DNA of 64,000 nt. It comes from Planctomycetota bacterium. GTDB taxonomy: Bacteria; Planctomycetota; B15-G4. Shown here piece by piece: positions 45,163-53,379 of this stretch. The stretch is from assembly GCA_965248575.1 (NCBI GenBank), contig CBDFJQ010000002.1:672001-736000 (forward strand), written 5' to 3'. A program made the position numbers and the translations under genes. Each line of letters starts with the position of its first letter. Within the stretch, counting starts at the first letter, position 1. The notes beneath the pieces are model-generated. The model did no database searches, was not told the DNA's origin, and saw nothing but the letters and a program-made list of their open reading frames with translations.

Positions 45163-45833
45163 TGAGCCCCGTCCAACTTTCGCTGCTCGTGGGTTTGAGC
45201 GCGACGCTCCTGGCCCTGCCGCCAGCCTTGGCCGTGGCATGGGTCCTGGAGCGCACTCAGTGGCGTGGGCGCGGAGTGTTGCACGGTCTCGTGCTCATGC
45301 CCTTGGTGTTGCCTCCGGTGGTCACCGGCTACCTGTTGCTGGCGGTGTTCTCTCCGCGCGCGCCCGTGGGCGCTGCCTTGGCTTCGCTCGGGCTGCCGGT
45401 CGCCTTCCATCTTGCGGGTGCGGTGCTGGCGGCGGCCGTGGTGGGGTTCCCCTTGTTGGTCATGTTGGTAGCCCGCGCGTACCGTTCGGTGGACCCGCGC
45501 CTCGAGCTGGTCTCGCGTTCGTTGGGGCAGACACCGCTGCAGACCTGGTGGCGCGTGACGCTGCCACTGGCCTGGCCTGGAGTCGTGGCCGGCGCACTGC
45601 TGGCGTTTGCCCGGGCGCTGGGTGAGTTCGGTGCGACCATCGTGCTCGCAGGGCATGTGCCGGGAGAGACGGGCACGATCCCGCTGGAAGTGCTCGCCCT
45701 CCTGGACGTGCCGGGCGCCGAAGGGGACGTCGCATGGCTGTGCGGCATCGCCGTGCTTCTGGGCGCGTTCTCGGTTGCCGCCTATCGCCTTCTGGACACG
45801 CGTCACCGGCGGCGCATGGAACTCGACTCGTGA
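45159..45833 (+). CDS. modB: Molybdate ABC transporter permease
   Basis: PLVLPPVVTGY.LL, FARALGEFGAT. Confidence 0.94.
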   Translation: MMSPVQLSLLVGLSATLLALPPALAVAWVLERTQWRGRGVLHGLVLMPLVLPPVVTGYLLLAVFSPRAPVGAALASLGLPVAFHLAGAVLAAAVVGFPLLVMLVARAYRSVDPRLELVSRSLGQTPLQTWWRVTLPLAWPGVVAGALLAFARALGEFGATIVLAGHVPGETGTIPLEVLALLDVPGAEGDVAWLCGIAVLLGAFSVAAYRLLDTRHRRRMELDS

Positions 45834-46831
45834 AGTTCGACTTCGTCCTGCAACTTGCGCGCAAGCAGGGCTTCGCACTGGATGTCAGCTGGCAAGGGGA
45901 GACGCATGCCCTGGCGCTCGTTGGTCCCAGCGGCTCGGGCAAGTCCACGGCTTTGGGCTTGCTCGCCGGGCTCGAGAAGCACGCGGGGCATGTGCGCTTC
46001 GATGGCGAGGACCAAGGTCCACGCGCCCTTCATCAGCGGCGGGTGGGGTATGTCACCCAGGAGGACCTGCTCTTCCCACATCTGTCGGTGGCCCAGAACC
46101 TCCAGTTCAGTCCGCATGCCCGGCAGGACCTGACCCGCGATGTGATCGATGCCTTGCATCTGGGTGCGCTCCTGCAGCGCATGCCCCGAAACTTGAGTGG
46201 GGGCGAGCGACGCCGCGTCTCCCTGGGACGCGCGCTGGTCAGCGCACCACGCTTGCTGCTCCTGGATGAACCCTTTGCCGGCCTGGATGCACAACGACGA
46301 CGCGACGCGCTGTCCATCGTGCGTGCAGTGCAGGAACGCTTCGGTACGCCCGTGATCCTCGTGAGCCACGTAGCCGACGAGATCGTCGGTGTGGCCGAGA
46401 TCGCCTTGCGTCTGGAGCAGGGGCGGGTCGTGTCGTCGGGCTCCGCCGTGTCGGTCTTGCGGGCGGGCGAGACACGCGTCGACAACCACCTCACGGGCCG
46501 CGTGCTCTCCCACAACGAGGTGGACGTGGAGGGTTGCGTCTTGGCTGCCGCATTGTCTGCGGGAGACGCGGGAGTCGTGCGGCTCGCGTGTTTCGCCCAC
46601 GATGTGCTCTTGGCTACCGAGCGGCCGCGCGCACTCTCGGCACGCAACATCCTCGAGACGGAGGTGACCCGGGTGGAGCGGGCGGGTGATGCCGCGCTGG
46701 TTCATCTGGCGCGCCCGCGGTTGGTGGCCACCCTGACACACGATGCCGTCCGGGAGTTGGGCATCGTTCCAGGGCGCCGGGTCTTCGCCCTGATCAAGGC
46801 GACCTCCGTGAGTTGCCTGGGCCCCGCCTGA
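45830..46831 (+). CDS. modC: Molybdate ABC transporter ATP-binding protein with TOBE domain
   Basis: GPSGSGKS, LSGGE, LLLDEP, SARN...FALIKA. Confidence 0.93.
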   Translation: MKFDFVLQLARKQGFALDVSWQGETHALALVGPSGSGKSTALGLLAGLEKHAGHVRFDGEDQGPRALHQRRVGYVTQEDLLFPHLSVAQNLQFSPHARQDLTRDVIDALHLGALLQRMPRNLSGGERRRVSLGRALVSAPRLLLLDEPFAGLDAQRRRDALSIVRAVQERFGTPVILVSHVADEIVGVAEIALRLEQGRVVSSGSAVSVLRAGETRVDNHLTGRVLSHNEVDVEGCVLAAALSAGDAGVVRLACFAHDVLLATERPRALSARNILETEVTRVERAGDAALVHLARPRLVATLTHDAVRELGIVPGRRVFALIKATSVSCLGPA

Positions 46832-46950
46832 GCCGCCGCGCTGGAAATCCATCGTTCGGCGGCTCTCGATCGGACACTCTCCACCGCCTTCTGAGGATTC
46901 AGACCAGCTCGAGCGCTGATCGCTGTCGCTGCGAGCGCTAAGCTGCCCCA

Positions 46951-48306
46951 ATGCTTGCCCGCTTCTCGACCCGCCTTGCCGACGTCGCCCAGCGTGTGGT
47001 GCCGGACCCCTTCGTCATTGCCCTGGCCTTGACGGTGGTGGCGTTCTGCATGGGGATGCTGTCCATGGACAGCCCGGATGCGGGTGCCCTGGCGGCCGGC
47101 TGGTTGGAGAGGTTCTCGGCCCAGGGCACGCTGGCGTTCACGACCCAGATGGCCCTGATCCTGGTGGCCGGGGCGGTGCTGGCGCGCGCTCCCTTCATAG
47201 CGGGCGCCCTGGGACGGCTGGCCGACTTGCCCCGCAGCACAGCCACGGCGGCGGCGCTGACGGCCCTGGTGGCCATGTCCGCAGCTTTCATCAACTGGGG
47301 CTTCGGGTTGGTCGCGGGTGCGGTCCTGGCGCACCAGATCGGTGTTCGCGCCCAGGCGGCCGGACGTGCCATCGATTACCCGCTTGTAGGGGCTGCTGGC
47401 TACACGGGTCTCATGGTCTGGCACGGAGGCCTCTCCGGAAGCGCACCGCTCAAGCTCACCCAGGGCGGGCCCGTCACGGCTGGCTTCCCAGAGGGCGGGC
47501 CGCCAATCCTGCTGGATCAGACGCTCTTCTCTGGCCTCAATCTGGCCGTGACGATCGGGCTCTTGCTGTGCGTGCCCTTGGTGGTCAGTCGCATGGCGCA
47601 GAGTGGCAACGAGCGCGTCCCGGTCGGGCTGCCGGAGCACGTTGCTCCTGCGAGAGCAGACGAAGGGTTGTTGAGTCGGTTCCTGACCTGGGCCCTGCTG
47701 GGCTTGGGAGCCCTGGCCTTGGCCAGCAAGCTGGCGGTTGCCGAGAGCTGGTGGCAAGCCCTGAGTCTGGATGTCGTGATCCTGGGCCTGGTGCTCGGGG
47801 GTATGGCGCTGTTCGGCACACCGCGCCGTTATGGGCGCGCCTTCGCCGCGGCCACACCCGAGGCGGCGGGCATCCTGCTGCAGTTCCCCTTCTACTTCGG
47901 GATCCTGGGTTTGCTCCAGGCGTCCGGCCTGGTGGAGCGCCTGGCGTTGCAATCCGCGGACATGGCCCAGGGTTTGGCGAGCCTAGGCCTTCCCCTGCAG
48001 TGGTGCTTCGACGTGGTGACCTTCGTCTCCGCGGGCCTGGTGAATCTCTTCGTCCCGTCGGGCGGTGGGCAGTGGGCGGTGCAAGGCACCATTCTGGCCG
48101 AGGCCTGCGCAGAGCTGGATCTGCCGCTCTCGCGCGCCGTGATGGCCCTCTCCTACGGGGATGAGTGGACCAACATGCTGCAGCCCTTCTGGGCGCTGGC
48201 GCTGCTGGGAATCACGGGCCTCAAGGCGCGAGACATTCTGGGGTACACCATGACCATCATGTCGGTGTCGCTCTTCATCTACCTGGGGGCCTTCGCGCTG
48301 TTTTGA
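46951..48306 (+). CDS. atoE: Short-chain fatty acid transporter (AtoE family)
   Basis: PDPFV.A, FTTQM.LILV.G, DYPL..AAGY, WHGGLSGSAPL, QFPFY.GI, VPSGGGQWAVQG, WTNMLQPFWAL. Confidence 0.92.
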   Translation: MLARFSTRLADVAQRVVPDPFVIALALTVVAFCMGMLSMDSPDAGALAAGWLERFSAQGTLAFTTQMALILVAGAVLARAPFIAGALGRLADLPRSTATAAALTALVAMSAAFINWGFGLVAGAVLAHQIGVRAQAAGRAIDYPLVGAAGYTGLMVWHGGLSGSAPLKLTQGGPVTAGFPEGGPPILLDQTLFSGLNLAVTIGLLLCVPLVVSRMAQSGNERVPVGLPEHVAPARADEGLLSRFLTWALLGLGALALASKLAVAESWWQALSLDVVILGLVLGGMALFGTPRRYGRAFAAATPEAAGILLQFPFYFGILGLLQASGLVERLALQSADMAQGLASLGLPLQWCFDVVTFVSAGLVNLFVPSGGGQWAVQGTILAEACAELDLPLSRAVMALSYGDEWTNMLQPFWALALLGITGLKARDILGYTMTIMSVSLFIYLGAFALF

Positions 48307-48360
48307 AATCGAGACCTTTGAGATCGAGACCTTTGAGATCGAGACCTTTGAGATCGAGAC
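48302..48360. repeat. 15-bp tandem repeat tttgagatcgagacc x4
   Basis: Units start at 48302, 48317, 48332 and 48347; the first has one mismatch and the last is 14 bp. Confidence 0.95.
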
Positions 48361-48947
48361 TGGGGCGCTCCCCGTATCGCGCTGGAGCCTGTGTCGTGGT
48401 GGGCGTCGCGCTGTTCATGAACACCAGCTGCGGAGCGGTCTTTCCGCGCACGTCCCTGGCGGAGAAAAGCTTGCACACGCAGGAGCAACGGACCCGGGCC
48501 CGGGAGGAGATCCGGGCCGTGCTGAGGGAGATGGAACGGGCCGAGGGGGCCGCGGACCTGGTTGGGCTGGAGGCGATCTACACCGAGCAGGCCGTGTGGC
48601 AGCCGCCTTCGGAGCCTGCCGTTCAGGGCCGGGCCAGCATCCTGCAGCGCTATGCCGAGATGTTCGCCAGTTCGCGCCTGAGCCTGGAGATCAGCGACCA
48701 GTCCGTGGAGGTGTCGGGGCAGCTCTCGGGGACGGGATCCTCGCAGGGGCTGTTGCCGCCCCTGCGGGGCCAGGTGCTGGGTTTGGCGAAGATGACCTTC
48801 CACCCGTCGGAGAGCCACGCCGAGGAATCCAGCTCGACCCAGAGTTTTCGCATGGGGCTGGATCGGGATGTGGAGGGCATCTGGCGGGTGAGCTTCCTCA
48901 CCTGGCGGCCTTGGGAAGAACTCTCCGAGGACGAGGACGGCGCCTGA
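48303..48947 (+). CDS. NTF2/SnoaL-like (DUF4440-type) putative lipoprotein
   Basis: EIRAVL...ADLVGLEAIYTEQAVWQPP...VQGRASI...GIWRV; leader ends VGVALFMNTSC; TTG overlaps the atoE stop (start uncertain). Confidence 0.65.
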   Translation: MKSRPLRSRPLRSRPLRSRLGRSPYRAGACVVVGVALFMNTSCGAVFPRTSLAEKSLHTQEQRTRAREEIRAVLREMERAEGAADLVGLEAIYTEQAVWQPPSEPAVQGRASILQRYAEMFASSRLSLEISDQSVEVSGQLSGTGSSQGLLPPLRGQVLGLAKMTFHPSESHAEESSSTQSFRMGLDRDVEGIWRVSFLTWRPWEELSEDEDGA

Positions 48948-49168
48948 CCGGGCAGCGACCTGCGGAGATCCAGAGGGACTTCCTGACCGACAGGCGTCGG
49001 ACAGAGCCCATTCGGCACGTCTTCGACGTTACACTGCGCCGCCTGACTCGTTAGGCACTTGTGCCGCTTGACCGGCTCACCACGCGCTTGATGGTCTCCC
49101 TGGGATCGCGGAGCTTTGGCTTTGCCTCCCTGTTCAATCGCTCTTGATCCGAACGGATACTCCTGGAC

Positions 49169-50977
49169 TTGTCTTCGACGCCTGACCAAATCGACGCCAG
49201 CAACGCCGATGGGCCGGGGCTTCCAGCGGCTGGGCTGCACCGCTTGGAAGGTGAGGCGAGGCGCGGGCGGCGAGCGCCCTGGCTGTTCGTGCTGGGGCTC
49301 GTGCTGCTCGCAGTTGTCGGTGGGGCAGGCGCCTGGGTCGGCCTGACGGATCCCTTTGGCAGCCCGGTCGTGCAGGCGGTTCCTCCTGCGCATGCCGAGA
49401 ACCTGCTGGGTAACGCGTGGTCCTTCGAGACGACGGAGGACAGCAGCCCCAGTGTTCACTGGCTGGTGCCGGAGGAGGCTCCGCGCGGTTTCCAGTTCGG
49501 CGCCACTGGGGCGGTGTCCGGCGAGTCGGCCGCTCGGGCCCTGGCACCGGGTGACGGCCAGGAACTATGGGCACGCATCCTGAGCAGTGACAGCTTCAGG
49601 ATTCCGTCTGGCGGCGGCTGGCTGCAATGCAGCGCGCAGGCGCAGGGTGAGGGACTGTCGCTGATGATCCGTTTCCTCCGCGATCGGAGCCCGCTGTTCG
49701 ACGTCGTGGTGGCGTCCAGCCAAGGGGCTGGCTCCAGTCAACTGCTGGGATTCGTACGGCCGCCACCTGGTGCCACGCGCTTTCAAGTGGGCCTGAGCGC
49801 TCTGGGCGAGGCCACGGTGGACGACATCGACGTCCGCTTCTTGAGCCAGCGGGAGAACCCAAACGAGGACCCGAACCAACACACTAGGCGGGGTCTGTTC
49901 ACGCTGCTCACCCAGGACCCCCCCGGGATGACGATCTTCAGGGGGGAGGAACTCGTCGTGCGCGTAGAGCCTCCCAGCGTGCGCTCGCCGACGGGGCTCC
50001 TGTTGCCCGCCAGCGTTGCCTCCCTGCTGTCGACCTCTGAAGTGGCTGGTGTGGGTGGGGTGCGCGTCCCCATATCCACGAAACTGCGCTCGGAAGGTCG
50101 ACAGTTGATCCTCGAAGAACACCTGACCCAGTTGCGGAGCGATTGGTCCGTGACGCATGACGTGCGTGTCACGGGATCACTCGCCAGCAGTTCGTTGGGG
50201 ATCCGATCGGCGCGGGGTTTCGAGAGCTTCGGCGGGGACTTTCGGGTGGACGGCGTGGAGGCCTTGTTGCTGGGAAGCACACAGGATCGCCTCGTCCTGG
50301 CCCTCGGGGTTCCCTTCACGGTCTCGGCGACCCACTCGAATGAAGGAACGGTGTCGCTTCGACTGGAAGTGCTCAGTGGACTTCGGAGCGAGTGGGGCAA
50401 CGGGAACATGCAGTTGGACGTGAGTGTCCAAGCTGAGTTCCAGGAGGAGCGGGTCGCTGCGGCCCAGCTCCGGGATTCAGCCTCAGCCCACGAGGCCGCA
50501 GACCGCCTCGGGGCCGCCCTCGCCGACATCGAGCTGTTGGTCGCCGACTACCCCTACGACGAAGTGGTGCTGGGCGTCGCCTTGGAAGCGCGTGGTCGAA
50601 TCCAGGGGATCATGCAAGCGCAGCTGGATGTCCTGGACGCGGAGCTGGAAGACGCGCTCTTCCTGGGGAGTGCCGGCCGTTGCCGTGAGGTGATGGCGGC
50701 AGCGCAACGACAGGCGTTTCGTTTTCAGGGCAGTGAAGGGGAGCAGCGTTTCCTGGAGCGGGCCGATGTGGTGGGGCGACGGGCCCAGCGACTCTTGAGT
50801 GCGGACGTCGAGCGACGGCGTCAGCGTATCGAGGCCCTGGCGCAGTCGTTTGCGGAGCATGGGAGTTATCCCCTGGTCGCCCAGGAACTGCAGGACTACC
50901 TCAGGCTGCACATGGCAGCCCCTGCAGACGAGGCTTCCGGTGCCGGTAACGGTACCGGTGCAGAGGGAAGCCCATGA
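49169..50977 (+). CDS. Membrane-anchored hypothetical protein with CBM-like jelly-roll N-domain and helical C-terminus
   Basis: TM helix; ENLLGNAWSFE...W...AVSG..A...PPGAT...VDDIDV pattern; ATGA-coupled to the pilM-like gene. Confidence 0.65.
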   Translation: MSSTPDQIDASNADGPGLPAAGLHRLEGEARRGRRAPWLFVLGLVLLAVVGGAGAWVGLTDPFGSPVVQAVPPAHAENLLGNAWSFETTEDSSPSVHWLVPEEAPRGFQFGATGAVSGESAARALAPGDGQELWARILSSDSFRIPSGGGWLQCSAQAQGEGLSLMIRFLRDRSPLFDVVVASSQGAGSSQLLGFVRPPPGATRFQVGLSALGEATVDDIDVRFLSQRENPNEDPNQHTRRGLFTLLTQDPPGMTIFRGEELVVRVEPPSVRSPTGLLLPASVASLLSTSEVAGVGGVRVPISTKLRSEGRQLILEEHLTQLRSDWSVTHDVRVTGSLASSSLGIRSARGFESFGGDFRVDGVEALLLGSTQDRLVLALGVPFTVSATHSNEGTVSLRLEVLSGLRSEWGNGNMQLDVSVQAEFQEERVAAAQLRDSASAHEAADRLGAALADIELLVADYPYDEVVLGVALEARGRIQGIMQAQLDVLDAELEDALFLGSAGRCREVMAAAQRQAFRFQGSEGEQRFLERADVVGRRAQRLLSADVERRRQRIEALAQSFAEHGSYPLVAQELQDYLRLHMAAPADEASGAGNGTGAEGSP

Positions 50978-52608
50978 GTTCGCGCGTGATCGGATTGGAC
51001 CTGGGAGGGGACACCGCGCGGCTCGTGGAAGGGCGACTGCACAAGGGCGCCTTCGAGCTTCATCGTGCCACGGCCGTGCCCGTGCATGACCTGGCAGCGA
51101 GTGTCGCGAGCCTGGGGCTCAAGGGCTTGCCGGTCGCTGTCGGGGTCACCGGACGCGACATGATCTTGCGCACGACGCAGGTGCCTCCCGTGCCGCTCTG
51201 GCAGGTGCGCGAACTGATCTCCTACGAAGTGGAAGACATCGCGGAGCAGTCTGGCGACTCCCTGCGTGCTGACTTCAATCTGCTCAACGGCGCCGCGGCC
51301 TACAGTGACGATGATCTGGCGCTGATCGCCCTCGTGCGCAGCTCCCATATCGAGCAGCGTTCGGTGCTGCTCAAGGCGGCTGGGTTGAGGGTGACGGGCT
51401 TCACACCCAATGCCGTGGCGCTCTACAACGCCGTCGTGGCCACGGATGGTGGCGAGGGCGCCGTGCTCGCCGTCAACTTGCGCGGACAACACACGGATGT
51501 CGCCCTGATCCAGGATGGCGACCTGCTCTTCGCACGCAACCTGGCGGGTGGGGGCGACACCCTCAGCCAAGCCATTTCTGACAGCCTGCGGGTGGAGCTT
51601 GCCGTGGCTGAACAGGCCAAGCACCGCATGGGCGAGTTCAGCGTCGCGGGCCAGGAGCCAGAGGGCAGGGCAGGCGCTGTGTCGCGCGCCTTGGAGGGTG
51701 CGCAACGTCAGATCGTGGGCATGTTGCAATCGACGCTGGCCCTGGCGCGGGCCCAGATTCCGGCCCCTAACCTGGAGGTGGATCGGGTGCTGCTGAGCGG
51801 CGCCGGTGCGTCCGTTCCCGGCTTCGATCAGTCCCTTTCGCGCGTGTTGGACTTGCCGGTTTCACTCTTCGACCCCACAGAAGGCTACGTGGTGGGGGAC
51901 GCACCCGAGCTGGACCAGCACGGCCCCGACTTCGCCGTGGCCACCGGTCTCGCCATGATGGCCTTGCTGGAGGACGGCTATCGGATCCAGGTGGAGTCGG
52001 AGCGAAGCGAGGCCGGGCGCGGCTTCCGTGAGAAGACGCTCTGGCTGGCGTTGGCGGCGACGGCGCTCGTGCTTTACCTGGGCGTCTTTGCCTGGAGCAG
52101 TCGCGCTGATGCCGAGGCGGCCGAAGCAGACCGCTCCGCGCTTTCGCGCAAGGTCGAAACCAACAAGGGCGATGTGCGGGCCTATGAACGCTCGCTGGAG
52201 GCGGGGCGAGCCCTGGGATTGCAGCTGGCGGCGCTGGAGAACCTCAGTGCGCCGGGAGCCGGGCTGGTGACGGTGCTCAACTTGCTGGACGTCTATCTTC
52301 CGGAAGAGCTGTGGGTGCGGTCGGTGCGCACAGTGCGATCCGCTGACGCCGAGTTTGGCGGTGCAGGTGCCCCTCGTCCCTTCGTGGTGGTGGAGGGCCT
52401 CGGCAAGGAGCACGACCGAAATCTTGCGGACGCGGTGATCGAGATCACCACCCGCTTGCGTGACCACCCTGATGTCGCCGCGGTGCGACCCCACTTCGCA
52501 CCCGACGCCCGGGGTGACTTCGTGTTCGAGCTGCGCATCGACACCTCGGTGATCCAGCCCTCCGCAGGGGCGCAGGACGAGGCCTCGGCCTCCGGGGAGG
52601 CCGGCTGA
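50974..52608 (+). CDS. pilM: PilM (actin-like)-PilN fusion protein
   Basis: VIGLDLG, LAGGGDTLSQAI, VLLSGAGA.VPG, FAVATGLA; then TM helix, coiled coil and LPEELWVRSV. Confidence 0.82.
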   Translation: MSSRVIGLDLGGDTARLVEGRLHKGAFELHRATAVPVHDLAASVASLGLKGLPVAVGVTGRDMILRTTQVPPVPLWQVRELISYEVEDIAEQSGDSLRADFNLLNGAAAYSDDDLALIALVRSSHIEQRSVLLKAAGLRVTGFTPNAVALYNAVVATDGGEGAVLAVNLRGQHTDVALIQDGDLLFARNLAGGGDTLSQAISDSLRVELAVAEQAKHRMGEFSVAGQEPEGRAGAVSRALEGAQRQIVGMLQSTLALARAQIPAPNLEVDRVLLSGAGASVPGFDQSLSRVLDLPVSLFDPTEGYVVGDAPELDQHGPDFAVATGLAMMALLEDGYRIQVESERSEAGRGFREKTLWLALAATALVLYLGVFAWSSRADAEAAEADRSALSRKVETNKGDVRAYERSLEAGRALGLQLAALENLSAPGAGLVTVLNLLDVYLPEELWVRSVRTVRSADAEFGGAGAPRPFVVVEGLGKEHDRNLADAVIEITTRLRDHPDVAAVRPHFAPDARGDFVFELRIDTSVIQPSAGAQDEASASGEAG

Positions 52609-53378
52609 TGGAGAAGGAAGCGCGCCGGCTCCTGTTGACGGCCATCTCCTTGATCGTGCTGCTCTTCGTGGGGCGTACCGTGGTGGGAGCGCTCTGGGAC
52701 GACACGGAGTTGCGGCGCTCGGTGGATGGCCTCCGGCGCAGCCTCAGCCGGGGAGGTGAGGCCGGACGGCGTCCTGAGCGGGCGGACATGGCGGCTGCTA
52801 GAGATGTCGCTCAGCGCTTGCGCACTGAACTGGACGAGCTGTTGCCGCGCATCCACAGCGTGCGTCCCGGGGACTTCGACGTTCCCTCGGACGTCAGCCC
52901 CGACTTGCGGTACATCGAAGTGTTGCGGCGAGAACAGGACGAGTTGGTAAAGACCGCGCGCTACCTGGGCAAGAGCGTCCCTCCAGGGCTGGGCATGCCC
53001 GTGCCGAACCCCACCGGACTCGAGGATGTGTTGGCGGCGCTGCGTGCCTTGCATGTGGTTCACCTGGTGGTGGGTGCGGCGCTGGACTCAGACGTGCGCG
53101 CGGTGGATTCCATCCGCTTGCAAGCTGTGTCGCGACGGAGCGGTACCCGGGGCAGCTTCCTGACCAGGCACGCCGTGGACTTCGAACTCTCTGGCTCGCC
53201 TGGGTCTCTGCACATGCTCTTGTCAGCGCTCGTGGCGACAGAGACCTGGCTGGCCTTGGACGATGTGCGCCTGGATGTTCTCGATGAGAACGGTCAATCG
53301 GCGCGGCTCCGCCTGAGCGTTGCCTCGGTCAGCGTCGATGCCGAGCTGCTCGACGGCCTGGTGGCAGGGGGGCGCTGA
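52608..53378 (+). CDS. PilO/GspM-like inner membrane platform protein
   Basis: TM helix, coiled coil and ferredoxin-like tail (VDFELSGS...L..LL..L...WLALDDVRL); position after pilMN. Confidence 0.6.
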   Translation: MEKEARRLLLTAISLIVLLFVGRTVVGALWDDTELRRSVDGLRRSLSRGGEAGRRPERADMAAARDVAQRLRTELDELLPRIHSVRPGDFDVPSDVSPDLRYIEVLRREQDELVKTARYLGKSVPPGLGMPVPNPTGLEDVLAALRALHVVHLVVGAALDSDVRAVDSIRLQAVSRRSGTRGSFLTRHAVDFELSGSPGSLHMLLSALVATETWLALDDVRLDVLDENGQSARLRLSVASVSVDAELLDGLVAGGR

Positions 53379-53379
53379 G

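Noticed and set aside
48302..48360. CRISPR array
   Set aside because: Contiguous 15-bp units with no spacers and no cas genes.
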